From NCBI GenBank assembly GCA_964016885.1, contig OZ024747.1, forward strand, positions 37,882,001 through 37,946,000: DNA of 64,000 bases. Reading direction: 5' to 3'. The translations under genes were made by a program, and so were the position numbers. Of this stretch, positions 15,225 to 28,747 are shown piece after piece (position 1 is the stretch's first letter; the number at the start of each line of letters is the position of its first letter). Source of the DNA: Eledone cirrhosa. Lineage: Eukaryota. Under the pieces are notes generated by a model that saw only the letters and a list, made by a program, of their open reading frames with translations, had not been told where the DNA came from and ran no database searches.

Positions 15225-18200
15225 TAAATGTGGTACCCCCAAGACAGCTGCCAGCGCTGAAGAACAACAGTGTAACAAATCTGTCTATGCCTACGGAGTT
15301 TCCGAAAGCTGTGCAAACACTGAAAAGGAGAGGTACCACCAAGACTGAGTTTATCTCAAACATTATCAAAGACACTATTGGCGATTCAGATGGCAAGACG
15401 CAAGTCCGAGCCGTGAGAATTGGTAAAAAATCTGAAGAGCGAAATCCCAACTCAAGACCCCGACCCATCAAAGTCAAATTCTCTGCTTCTCAGCAAGCAG
15501 AGGACTTCCTTGCCGAAGCCAGAAAGTGTCACCGGGGTAGTAAATTGGATTTTCGGAAGGAGTTCTCCTTAAAAGAAAGAATCCGCTGGAGAACTTTGAA
15601 GACAGAACTCAGGTCACGCATAGCTGCCGGAGAGACTGGTCAGCCGATAAGAAACGGAAAGATAGTACACTCTTACCTTTGAACGGCCCCAATAACGATA
15701 TCCAAAGATTCCAAACTTCCCTGGCAGAACAAACAACCATCTCAGATGTGAAGGTATGCAAGAAGCTCTCCAACATCCTCCCGAAGATCCCCAAAAAGCG
15801 ATTAAAGCCCAAATCGCCGTCCCTTGATCAATCATTCAAAGTTATTTTAACCAACGCTTGCTCCCTTCTGTCCAAACTTGATGATCTCCATTCCGTTATT
15901 GCAAACGAGAAGACAAAGCTCATAGTCATAACCGAAACCTGGTTAAATTCAGAATCAAGGATGCAGAGATTCACATTCCTGACTTTACTACATTCCGATG
16001 TGACAGATCTCAAAGAAAAGGTGGGGGAGTTATCGTTTATGCAAGATCATCACTCAAACCATCCCGTCAACATCTAGCACCGAACACCGTACTGTCGGAG
16101 AACTGTGATGCTGTTCTTTGCAATCTTAATGTGGGTGGAGAAACTATTCCCGTTCTTTCCACCTATCGCAGTCCTGGTTCTACAACAGATGAACATCAGA
16201 GTCTCATTAATTGTTTCTACTTTAGGCACAAGGCCAGCAATTACCCAGTGCATTACTGGTACTTTATTTTATCGACCCCGTAAGGATGAAAGGCAAAGTC
16301 AACCTCGGCGGGATTTGAACTCAGATCGTAAAGGGACGTAATTATGCTGGAAAGTATGGCGTCCGACCCTCTACCGATACTGCCAATCCTCATTAATGCA
16401 ATGAAACCTGTCTCAAGATGTCCCAAAGACTGTCTTATACTCGGGGATTTTAATGCCCCAACTATAGACTGGAACTCAAGTGTGTGCACGTCCAACAATA
16501 ACTTCGACCAACTATTGCTCGATACGACGGAAGAATGTTTCATCTGCCAGCATGTTACAAAACCGACAAGGGCTCGAAGTGGTCAACGACCGTCGCCACT
16601 AGACCTTATCTTCTCCTGTTATCCTAGATCCGTATCGTCTCTGCAAGTTCTGTCTCCACTTGGGAAAAGCGATCATGCAGTACTGAGCTTTAGCATGCAT
16701 ACTTCGCTTGCACCGCCTCCCGTTTCGAATCAGCCGAGAAGAATATTTGCTGCTATGAATCATGATCTTATCAAAATGGCCTCCGACGAGATAAATTGGC
16801 GCAGCCCAACTGAAAATCAGTCTGTTGAAACTTTGTGGCGATAAATAAAGGAAATTCTACTTGGGCTAACAGAAATGGCAGTGCCGCTGAGAACGCCAAA
16901 ACGCAAGAAACACAAACCCTGGATAACAAAGACAATTATCCGCGAACCGAAGTTAAGAAACACTGCTTGGGGGCACTATCAATAGATCATGTCTGCGGCG
17001 GCATTTGAAGTCTAGAAAAAGCAGCGAAATCATGTAGAGCATATTTCCAGAATTGGAAGGCAAAATTTTGAAAGGGAACTTGCAAATGATGCCGGTCGTA
17101 ATCCAAAGCGCTTTTACGTTCACGTGCAGAGAAATCTAAAACTGAATAACCAAATTGTCACTCCTTGAAACCCGAAGGTGCAGTTATTGAACACGCTGAC
17201 CAACAAGCTTCTCTTTTTGCCGATGTTTTTGCAAATATCTTCAAGGAGGACGATGGCAGAGAACCTCCAAAATCTAAACATGATCTCCCCACCAATGCAG
17301 CTAATCACCGTCAGACCAGATGAGGTGGAAAAGTTGCTTTTGTCCTTAGATGTGAATAAGGGGCATGGTCCAGACGGTCTACAACCAGCGATTTTGGGTG
17401 CAGTTGCACCCAACCTTGCTAAACCTCTAGCCACACTATTCAACCTATCGTTGGCTACCAGAATTGTTCCTGCCGACTGGAAAGTAGCTATAATTTTCCC
17501 TATCTTTAAAAAAGGCGACAAAGAAGATCCGTGGCACTACAGACCCGTGAGCCTCACCTCAATTGTCTGTAAGGCCTTGGAATCTCTAATCAAACGGGCA
17601 ATTATGGCTCATCTTGCGTCTTTCACTGTCATCTCTCCATCTCAACACGGTTTCATCCAGAAACGTTCCTGTCTTACAAACCTACTCGTGGTGGAAGAAT
17701 GGGTGACGAGGATAATAGATGATGGAGATGCGGCCGATATTATCTTTCTCGACTTCGCAAAAGCCTTTGACTCTGTCAAGCACCGCCTGCTCCTGCATAA
17801 GCTCAGCAACTATGGTCTCCATGATTCGATTATAAAGTGGATTGTATCATTTCTTGAGGGTCGTACTTGCAGAGTTCGGATCAATGGCAGTCTGTCATCG
17901 GGGGTGGGTGTAGGCAGCGGCGTTCCCCAGGGCTCTGTATTGGGCCCAATTCTCTTCCTTCTATACATCAACGACATGCCGGACGTGATTGGTGGAAACG
18001 TGCTTCTATTTGCAGATGATGTGAAAATGGTAGCCCGTAGGAGCGAGATCGACAATCTCAAGTCCAGCCTCCAGCGCGCCTGGAGTTGGTCGATAAGTGT
18101 TGCCATATGGCAGTGGGTACACCTTATAACTCAGCTCTTACCTTCAACGGTGGCACTGCTCCTTTGAAGGAAGATGAGGAGACTAAAGATCTTGGTTTGC

Positions 18201-18873
18201 TGGTCGACTCGTCCTTCAAACCATCAAAACATTGCATTCAAGCCGCAAACAAGGCAAGGAGCTCTCTTTTTCTTATTCGACACTCCTTTGCCAAACTCAC
18301 TCCAGAAATTGTCAGGCCTCTCTATATCGCCCTCGTGAGACCGCACCTAGAATATGGCATCCGAGCATCAAACCCATATCTCATCTGGGATATCCATCAC
18401 TTGGAGAGAGTTCAACGACTAGCGACTCGAATGGTACAGGGTCTTCATGAGCTGCCCTACGAAAGCCGGTTGCAGAAGCTGAACCTCTTCTCCTTGGAGC
18501 GTCGACGGCTAAGAGGCGATCTCATTTTGGCTTACAATCTCTTCAATGGCCATACGATCTCCCTCAAGATCTCCTATTCACTCCGGCACTTGAAAGGGGT
18601 CTACGTGGACATGACAAAAAGCTGTTTCACCGCCGCTTTCGCCTAAATAGACGGAAATCTGCTTTCTCGATCAGCATCTCTGGACCCTGGAATCGGCTTC
18701 CAGAAGAAGTAGTCAACGCGTCAACTACGCAATAATTCAAAGCGAAATTGGACCGGTGTTGGACCACTCTGTTTCCGACTTTGTAAATTTTGCCCCCCTC
18801 CCCTCCTTACATGGCATCTGAAGTATCTATGTTTTAATTTCTGACAAATATATTGAATTGAATTGAATTGAAT
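15225..18873 (+). mobile_element. CR1-group LINE (ORF1 remnant, APE endonuclease, RT), degenerate
   Basis: Motifs RPRPIKVKF, ITETWL, LGDFNAP, KSDH, YRPVSLTSIVCK, FLDFAKAFDSV, GVPQGSVLGP, LFADDVK and RRRLRGDLI; (ATTGA)n tail at 18852-18873. The 5' boundary is approximate. Confidence 0.9.
16212..16388 (-). mobile_element. tRNA-derived SINE (family A) inserted in the CR1 endonuclease
   Basis: A-box-like TGGCAGTATCGG and B-box GAGTTCAAATCC on the minus strand. TSD CTCATTAAT at 16203-16211 and 16389-16397; removing the insert restores the frame EHQSLINAMK. Confidence 0.9.
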
Positions 18874-20917
18874 AAAAACATGAGAAATCATAAGCTAAAT
18901 ATTTTAGTAAATATTGTAGCGACAGCTTCACATTTAGATTCTAGAGCTAAAATCAAGAGCAAGCAGACAGAAGTATTTTCATTAGCTGTTGAACTACTAA
19001 TAACCAAATGGTGTTGTATGCTGAAGTCCTATAACTGGCACATTTCACCAAGCTAAAGACATCGGATACTATTCAGCACGATTAAAACCCACTTCAATAT
19101 GAATTCATGAAATATTAATATGCGTAAGAAATATGAAATATTTTTCCGAAGCAACATTAATATTATAATAATTGTGTTGCTACAAAAGAATGATATCTAG
19201 TTGAAATTCGGAAATATTTTTATTTGGTTACACTTTGTTAGGTGTACTTATGCTTCTGTACAATTTCACCTGTCGATTCAATTAGTCAATTAGCTACAAG
19301 ATACCTTCACCTGTCGTCTCACGGTTCACCAACATATTTAATGTTATCACGCACTTCAATGTTGTTAGACCTTATAAACAGTGGTTTATACGAACTGATC
19401 GCTTTCATTACACACTTCTACACCAAAGGTGATTATATATATATATATATATATATAATAATAATAATACAAGGACTAATGATTACTCCTTCATTGCCTT
19501 TATTGGTTGGTGACGCGCGTTTCGCTATTGATCAGCTCAAGGTTCGATGTGTATCGCTCTAGCCCGATCTAGCCAGTGTGTATGCGCGCCGCATACACCC
19601 CCCACACACATATAATAGTAATAAGTGTATTTATTCTGTTTGCACACCTGATTCAGACAAACGAAATTTATTTTGACTTATCTTCGTAAATATATATGTA
19701 TATATATGCATAAATGTTGCGGCGCCGGGATTTGTATTACAATGGTCTGAAATCTGATGTTTTTTGCGTTGCGTTCTATTTTTTCCTGTAACTTAGCTAT
19801 CCGACTACTTCCTTGAAGTTTATTTCACCACTATAATTGTAGCGGAATGACTTAAACTGATCGATTAGTCACATTACTTATTTCACACTTCTTAATTTAT
19901 TGAGTCTCGTTTTTCGAAACGTTAAGTCTGGCGTATAAAAAGACACATCCTCTACATAACCATTTATACACTCCCAGTCCTCCAAACACGTTCACACACA
20001 TGCACATATATATTTATTTCATATATGATTCATTATTTATGTATGTAAATATAAACACGTTGGTGTTTGTGTGTATGTGGATCTTTGTGAGATTGTGCTT
20101 ATACATTTGCGCTTGTATGCAATAGATAGAGATCTGTTGATAAAAATGAGTATCGGGAACTAAATGTTCCTTGTACAGACATGTTTATGTTAAACAAAAG
20201 AACATGGCTTTCATATCATGTTCTTGTCATGAGCTGGATAAGATAATATATACATTGTGAAATGAAAGCAACAGGAGACTAACATTATTATGTCAATGTC
20301 AACCGTGCTTGACACCTGCTAACTTATAAACGTCTTGATGTTCCCTGAATCACTCCCACGAAGAAATTATTGAATGTTTCAATAACGTTCTCTCCGAACT
20401 AAAATGAATAATATCTTCATCTGACCCAAGATAACCTTTATCTGTATTTTGTTTAGTTGATTGTGTGATAATCACCTCTGTATATTCTCTCTCTATAATC
20501 ACCTCTCTATATGCTCTCTTAATAAGTGAACAGGTGTAAACTACGTTAGATTCTTTAGCTCTCCAAGGTAAATCAACTCACTGAATTCTTAACTCCTATG
20601 AGTTAATTTTTGAGATGGAAACCCCACCAATTTTCTCTTGTTCTGGATTTTACTGAACAGATCTCAATTTATACTCAAAGTTATTTTGTCGACTCTGCAG
20701 AAATGAAAGCCAAAATCTATTGAAGCAAATTAAATGAAGGAAATCCAATATTGTAAGGTGTTTAATTGTTGTCACTTTAACATTTCAGTTACATCCACAA
20801 TTCTTCAAAAGGAAATAAATAGAATCAAGTAAGCTTAGATAACATGAGTGTCTATTAAAAGAATTTCTTAGCGTCAACACAAGCAACAATTTCACATTCA
20901 AGCACACGGTTAGGACA

Positions 20918-21140
20918 AATTAATTATATCGAACCCAGTACCTGACTGGTAATATATTTTATCAACCACAAAAGTATGAAAGGCAAAGTTAACCTCGACA
21001 GGATTTGAACACAGAACGTAAAGGGCCGTAACTTAATATCTTTCGATAAACTAACAATTCTATCAATCCACCACCCTCTGAGGTTAGGAAAAAGTCGATT
21101 ATATCTACCCTAGTTCTTGACCAGTAGATTATTTTATCAA
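20918..21140 (-). mobile_element. Degenerate SINE family A plus an adjacent partial copy
   Basis: Contains ATGAAAGGCAAAGTTAACCTCG...GGATTTGAAC, matching the other copies. Confidence 0.7.
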
Positions 21141-21225
21141 CATGGGAAAAGAGATGACGGTGTCATCACGTAGTTTCTGTATGTATGCACCTAAATATCT
21201 AAGAATGATTGTGTATATATATATA

Positions 21226-24200
21226 CTATCTGGCCCGCCCGGCTAGGTATACCGGCTTTTTATCTTTTCAGGAATCTCCCCTACACTACAGTGCAAAGAT
21301 ACCGCACACCCTCTCAAGTCTGCGAGGTTGGGATCAGGTGGGGGATAGGTGGGGGATAGGTGGGATTAACGTGCTGTGATGTTGAGTTTGAATCGCTTTT
21401 ATAATTCCAAGTAACTGAAAATATTTATATTACATTGTTATAGCCTCTGAGTATACAATATTTTTTGTTCGGCCCTCCGGATCAAAGAGGAAGAGATTGT
21501 TTGGCGAGCTCACCCTAGAGCATCCTACATACAATTGACCATGGGAGAAGCATGGTTTTCCAAGATGAAGGCCAGCCACTTGTAGGGGTTGACCCTGAGC
21601 TTTGTTGATGGTAATCGCGAAGCTTAGTCTTATTGGAAATTGAAGTCGCTTGAACTCAATGGGTAAGTCGGCTGGCAGCAACGGGATGCAAGGAATAAAT
21701 ACATCTTCCCCTCTACCAACTCCAGTCATGATTGTGGCTTCAATAACATGATGCAGCATTTGCTTCACTGCAAGTCGTGTGCCATTGCAGAGCTTTGGTG
21801 GGTTCAGATTTCGCAGCAGGATGATAGGGGCACCAAGCTTTAACTGCAACCTGTGTGGAGGAATTCCTGGCAAATCAGGAGCGTTCAAGAATTCCACTGG
21901 GTATTGAACTGCCACATCTGTGTCAACCGCACAATCGATTTACTGGTACGTGTGAACAGGCCCAGGGATCTGCTTAAGAAGCCTATCGTTGATGTCTCTG
22001 ACACTCATTTCTTGGTGCAAGTATTGCTCTTTCACAGAGCCAATCATGGCAAATGAAATTCTCAGACAGCCGTGGGAAGACTTTGGATGAAAGTCTTTCT
22101 TCTGTCTGGACGACCATCCCAATTCGTTCCACACCAGTGAGTCCATTGCTAGCACATGTTGCCCCTCTTCCAAGCTCAAGTAGGCGCTGTGCAATGATTC
22201 CAATGATTCCATGTAGGTGAACTCTCATATTGGTCGACAGACTGAGCTTTGAGATTTTGTTCCAGAGGTATGAAGACTTAATTGATGCCTTCACCTCGTC
22301 AGCTCGAGTTCCGCGAAGAATAACTGGAAGTGTTTGTCTGAAGTTACCAGCCATGACGAAGGTAACGCCTCCCATGACGGAGTTATTTCCTCGAACGTCT
22401 TGCAGTGTCCTCTCCAGCGCCTCAAAAGCAGCTGTGTGAGAAAAAAACACGAAAAAGGAATTATAGGAGGATGCCAAAAGTGCCAAAAAACAAAGAAGTA
22501 GAAAAACAAAAATGACGCCCAAATTAGAAATAAGTACCTTTGTGAGCCATAGTGCATTCATCCCAGACAATGAGGCGACACTGCTTGATGAGATCAGCCA
22601 GAACACTTCCGCGTTGGATGTTGCAGATTGGAGTTTCAATCTTCGCAAGGTTCAGCGGGAGTTTGAAACTGGAATGAGCGGTGCGACCTCCGGAGAGAAG
22701 AGTCGCTGCAATTCCAGAGGAAGCAACGGCCAGTGCGATCCACCTGTTGTTTCTCACCGTTGCAAGTAAAAGGTTGATGACGAATGTCTTTCCCGTGCCT
22801 CCTGGAGCATCAACCTAGAAGAGGCCGCCCTTGTTGGTTCTTACATCATCAACAATGGTGTTGTAAGCCAGTTGCTGATCATGGATCAATTTGGGTTCGT
22901 TGGTATTAATAAACTCATGAAGAGCACTGACCTCGTAGCTCGTCTCGTGGAGAAGCTCTGTAGACGTTGACCTCTGGACACTCCTGTCAGGAGCAGGTAA
23001 GCTGTAGTGACTTAGAGGCCTACTACCAATCTCCATGACACTGTTTTCAAGACAAATCAGCGCCTCATTGAAAACGACATCGTAGGTTACGTTCGGATTG
23101 TGTCTGCGTGTTCGGTGGAGGATGTCCTCAGCTAGACTTTCGCGGTGGTTGTTCCACAGTGCGAGAGGGTCGGCGAGATCGCCGTTATGCAGCATAATAG
23201 CAAAAAGTGTTCGCAGCTGAGAAGGGACTTTAGCAGTTGCTGCTTCGTGCAGGGTGAGGTGCCAATGGCTGTCATCGTGTAACGTGCCACGCATCAGGCA
23301 AGCCAAACGGTAAGTGGAACATTGATGGCCATTGATGGTTCTCAGATCTTGGAAAGATTGTGGTCCTCTAAGCTCGAACAGGAGCATTCTTAGGCATTGC
23401 CAGGTGCTCGACTGCGGGATGGCGTTCATGAAGTGGGAAACCGAGAATTCGCCAAATGGCCTCATTGCTGCTTATGTATCAACCACTCTGGTATTATTTC
23501 ACTTCATCTCTGCCATTCTGTCCTTGTTCACATATTTGCAAACATACTTGATAGACTTTATGGAATTGCAGAATTTAACGTTGAGATGTGCATCGAAGGC
23601 TTTGGAGTCCTTTGGAGTCCATTGGAGGACAGTACGCAACAATCCACTTGTTGTCAATAATGAATTGTTCTGGCTGACCACTGACTCTTATAATGGCTGT
23701 GTGTGTTTTCCCACCATCCTCTGGCGTTCTTCTCCTATACAGTGGGTAGCCATCATGCCCCGTTTGTGTCTCCTTTTAGGAATTCGCGTGGAAACTTCTT
23801 GCTGCATTTTCCATTTTCCATGCAAGGTGACGTTGGGTTGAATTCCCAACATGGACCATTAACCATTTGAGCTCTGATAATGTCGAACAGCCTCTGGTCT
23901 TCTGCAGGATCAAGGGGTTCAGCACTTATCAATGAGTCAATCTAGGAAGGACGGATTTTCTCGATTAGCCAGATTAGAATGTGGGCATGGGGAAGTCCAC
24001 GTTTCTGCCACTCAATGGTGCACATATCACATCGTGTTGGTACAAAGATTTCTTGCTTCGTTAGGATTGACATGAGCTTCACAACTTTCAGGCCAAATAC
24101 TCTTGTAATAAGGTCATGACGGTGAGCGGACGTTTGGCCAGGAAGGAGTTCACCAGTTATTTCAGTCCACTTTGGGTTGCATGTGAAGGTGATGAAAAGG

Positions 24201-24394
24201 ACGTATGTCATTGCCTCTTGAGTCTTCTCATGCATATATCGAGGACTGCCTGCGAAGGTGGAAGGGAGGATGACCAACGTATCAAGCTCTTATTTGGAAA
24301 GGTTACATCTATGGTGCAAATTTGGTGCCGTTTGGTTCAGGCGTGAGGCGGAAAGTTTGTTACCTACATACGGCCGTCAGCTTTATAGTATAAA
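21226..24394 (-). mobile_element. Helitron, internally deleted RepHel pseudogene with probable termini
   Basis: Rep motifs LPSTFAGSPRYM, FITFTCNPKW and EWQKRGLPHAHILIW; PIF1 helicase motifs VWDECTM, FRQTLPV, FAITINKAQGQ and FSHGQLYV. Putative 5' end TTTATACTATAAAG (degenerate TC start) and 3' end ATAG|T (degenerate CTAG) after a GC-rich patch. Confidence 0.9.
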
Positions 24395-24828
24395 TATATA
24401 AATTATATTTGGGAAAGCAAAACAGATAAAGAAATATTTTTACCTATTTACCTAGAACGTCACCACTACAGTTTCATTGAGTAAATCGCAGTACTGAGTA
24501 CTGCGAAAACTTCATCTCCCCAGGGAACGCAAATGAATTCTTTCTTGTTTGAAAATGTTCCCTAATTGATTCTTATTAATTCCTTCATTGACCAAATTGG
24601 TATTGTTTGGGCTCATCTCATATAATTTCTTTTAGAGGACAATATCTGTTTCGTTCGCATGAAATCAGGAATATCCTGATAATTTCATACGAACAAAACA
24701 GTTCCCATTCTCTAGATGTTTCAATATTTAATAAATATGCCTATACTCTAACAACATATTGCGCACCTTTTATAAGACCACTCGGGACCCTACATATTAT
24801 ATATATATAGATATTTCTTCAATTAATT

Positions 24829-24875
<47 letters not shown>

Positions 24876-24876
24876 T

Positions 24877-24921
<45 letters not shown>

Positions 24922-25339
24922 ACGTGTGTATACATATACCTGTGTGTGTGTCGTTAAACGTGAATGTGACAGCCAAAGAAATATTGAAAATTTTATCCAC
25001 AAGAAATATAATTGAAGGACACGACGTAGCTAAGACGAGAATCCGTAGATATAATGATTATTTTAAGATTCGCCGGATGACAAGAGTAAGAAGGAATAAT
25101 GATGGAATCCAGGATAAAGAAGAAATACGAAGCAAGAGAAAGAGCTGCTAATGAGAACATATGTAAACCAAAATAGCAATGCCATCTTGTTATCTTCTGA
25201 AGTCTTACGTTTAGCAGCGGTGCTAAATTTGTTTTTTGTTTTATTTCTATATTTATATTTTGTTGTTTGTCTGACAAATTATAATTTTTGTTGTTGTTTG
25301 TTATGAACCGTTATTTTCGATTATAGTAGTTATCCTGAA

Positions 25340-25632
25340 TGAGCGTGGCTTTGTGGTTTGGGTATTCGGTTCAAAAGCGTAAGATTGTGAGTTCGAATCC
25401 TGTCAGTGCGTTGTGTCTAAACACTTTATTTACGTTGCTCCAATCGACCCAGCTGGCACAAATGAGTTGTACTTGTAATTCGAAAGGCCACACTTGTCAC
25501 ATAGTGTCACCCTGAATTTCCCTGAGAATTATGTTAAGGGTACACATGTCTGTGGGATGTTCAGCCACTTGCATGTTAATTTCCTTTGATCGTATCATCC
25601 GGAGCACTCATCGTCGTAACCAACGGAGTGCC
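25340..25632 (+). mobile_element. tRNA-derived SINE family B
   Basis: GCGTGGCTTTGTGGTT ... GAGTTCGAATCC (A/B boxes); similar to 43962-44225. Confidence 0.7.
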
Positions 25633-26329
25633 AGTTATAGTAGTTGTCATCATAAGAAACCTTATACGAAGATTTTCTTCACTTCTATATCCGGTTTAAG
25701 TAAGGAATATAACTCACGTGCCTTATTGAAATGAATGTAGAATCAAGACATTCATTTTCTTTTTTATTTACAATGAGATAAAATATAACATTATTAAATA
25801 TTAATAGTAATATGAAACTATTCTGGAAATCGATTTCATGTTTATAGAATTAATGCTAATAATAAATTAGGTCATCCAGGGTGTTATTAGTTCTCTTTTA
25901 ACAATAAGGTTCATCAATGGGAGTGATTTGTGTTGCAGGGATCTTTGAAGTAAGTATATCATCACTGTAAATTAAAAAAAATCTTTCCCTTGGGAAATAG
26001 GATTGTCGTTAAATGAAGTGTGAAGTGTGGTTGCGCTCCGAAACTGATTAAGCATTTGGAAAAGCTAAATTATTTCGCCTTGATATGTCAAATATTGAAA
26101 CAAGTCATGAAGTAAGAGTGTCGAAGAAAAATAAACTATATTCATGTAGATCAGCTTCTTCTATCAAAGTAGTAGGTCAAGGCCAGGCGAATTTAGCTAA
26201 GAAAGTAGAGAGCCACCAGTCGGAAAACTACCATAAAGGAAAACAAAAGAAGATTAATGATTCGTCACGTTTGTAACAGTTGTGAAAGGGGCAGAGTTTT
26301 CAAACACTCTTTTCAGCGGGTCCTGTCAT

Positions 26330-27050
26330 AAGCAACCGTCTATAACTGATCCGGCTGGACCCCAGCGATTCTTTCGTCAGACATTCTAGCCACATACCTA
26401 TAGTATCGCAGCTGTGATCTCTCAATTCGGAGAAGTAGCTGTTCTACCTGGAGCGGTTCTGATCTCCGAGCTATGCACTCTGTCGAGTAATGTTACTCCA
26501 AAGACCCTTCGGAGGTATCCCATTTCGGCTACTTGTATTCGCTTTCGCATGTTTTCGGTCATTACCCAAGATTCATGACCATAGGTAAGGGTTGGCACGA
26601 ATACTGAATTGAAGATAACGAGTTTGGCTTTTACACCTACCTCTATTCTTCTGATTACCGAATGCTGAAGCTGGCGCAGTACTGCACTAGCTCCTGCAAT
26701 GTTTGCACTTAATTCATCCTCCTGCCTTCCATCACTCATGAACACGGCCCTGAGATAATTGAAGTTCCCTACCTGCTTCAGAGGAACACAATTTACATGT
26801 AGAGTACACTGCGCAGACGTGTGTCTCTGGTTTCGCAGCACTGACTTTCATTCCAGCCATGCAGCACTCGGCATCAAACCTATCAAGTGTAAGTCGGAGA
26901 TCACCTTCTGTCGGGTTAAGTAACACCATGTCGGCTGCAAATTCCAGCCGACTGAATTTACACCCGCCAATTATGATACTACTTCAAACCAGGCTGCGCA
27001 TGTCAATCCTATTCATGTAAATAATGAACAGGAGAGGTGTAAATAATGAA
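26330..27050 (-). mobile_element. RTE-clade LINE RT/3' fragment
   Basis: Motifs SPLLFIIYM, LKQVGNFNYL, FVPTLTYGHESWVMT and IQVAEMGYLRRVFGVTLLDRV. Confidence 0.8.
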
Positions 27051-27149
27051 CGGAGTGCAACACTAAATGAAATAGAATTTTAATCATCATCATCCTAAAG
27101 CCTAAGGCAAAATAGAATCAACGATATATTTCTATGTATGTCTGTCGCT

Positions 27150-28520
27150 CATTGCATTGTTTTGTTAATAATCATGAACATTAGCCTTCTTAGCTATGAA
27201 AACTGGATAGGAGAGCTTGCAACCTATTTGGCTTCTGACAGATGTTGGTTTACAAAGGACCAAAGGAGACATATTCCTTTAAGTATCGTAGTAATGGCCG
27301 GCAAATGTCGCCATCCTCTTTCACACAATATCAGAAATACAAGGGAAACTATCGTAAAGATTTCTTAATTGGACGGCGGAAAATATTTTCTATATCGATT
27401 TTGATAGTTTTGTAAACAGAAACAGCTTCTTGGAAAATAGAAAAAGTGTGTACCATCCATTTGCGGTTATAAACTAGAAATCGAAAATATTTTTTCTTTT
27501 TTCTTTGCGAGTTAAAAAGTGTAAGATATTTAAAGGAACACACTCTATCATGATAAGTTGTTATTTTACGTTTTAATGCAATAACGAAAGAAATGTATGC
27601 TTGCTTCAGGAAAAAGATTTTTTCTATTTTGAACATTTATAGCGAGATTTGTTATACATGTAAAAAAATTCTAAAAGTTTTTGTCATGATTTTCAATAGC
27701 TTTACCCCATACGATACTATCATCTAAATATGAATATGTAGATTTAAGTTTAAATTGTGAACACATTTGTTTCCTCACCCATTGAGGAAGCAAATGTGTT
27801 CACAAGGCCAATTGAAAGAGTTGTATAATGATACAATTGTCCTAAGGCTTGAAAAGCAGTGTGGGTGATATTTAAATGTAAATAGTAGTTGATAATATAC
27901 TTATTTCATATCTATCTTGCTCAAATAAGAATTTTCGAAACTCTACTATAGATTAATGCAGCAATGACAGAAAATATATCATTTGCAGTTTTCTTTTATG
28001 TTATTAAATGTTGAGCTCTCCATGGTGAGAGTCCTACTTTTGATGTGTTCTTTGATTGGATAAATGTAAATGAAACAAAAGAATGTTGAGGCATGATGCC
28101 CTGCCGAAATATTACATTTGAACAGGTAGTGTGTATCGCCAACAATGAATGCAGGTTGTAAAATTATTAGGGGTATAAAATGTCAATTTTGCATATTACT
28201 GTAACTCGTTAACTAAGCGCTCTTACCTTTGTGTGACTAAACCATTCCACTTAGCAATATCAGCTTAGATAAATTTAGAACGCTTTCATTGTCAATTAAA
28301 TTTTGCGTTAAGTGATTTTTAATCAAAATAGTAATGAATGCAATTAATGTTCCAGTAAATTTGAGTAAAAAAAATCAATAATGCTGACAAAATTTATGCT
28401 TTAGAGATTTGTTTATTATCTAATTTACATACCTGCGAAAAATGGCCTTTTTTCAACACTTGTAACATATGGCATTTCTAGCTGAACATTCACACCCGTG
28501 ATGTCTATACCTTTCACAAA
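27150..28520 (-). mobile_element. Highly degenerate Ty3/Gypsy gag-pol remnant
   Basis: Manual translation gives CSARNAICYKC*KKGHFSQVC (gag knuckle, about 28425-28490), LIDNES (protease-like) and TAFQALGQLYHY (RT-like, about 27825-27865). Boundaries are uncertain. Confidence 0.45.
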
Positions 28521-28664
28521 AACAGCTCTGAGAAGTAGCTGCTGAACTAGTTTTCTATAGTGTGTCTACATTTGGAACTGGAGTATCAAATACGAAATCA
28601 TAAACGTTAGAATTCTTTTGATCAAGTTCAGTTTTATGGCTTGTGATGTTGAAATGATTTTGTG

Positions 28665-28747
28665 TAGTCTGAGTCTTATACGGGAATCAAACTGGTAACC
28701 TTACGATTACGAATCTAATTCTCTAACCACTAAGCCACGCGTCTCCG
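28665..28747 (-). mobile_element. SINE family B tRNA-head fragment
   Basis: Reverse complement reads GGAGACGCGTGGCTTAGTGGTTAG...AGTTTGATTCCCG. Confidence 0.55.

Noticed and set aside
20330-20880. Possible decayed DNA transposase on the minus strand
   Set aside because: It is too degenerate to support by eye.
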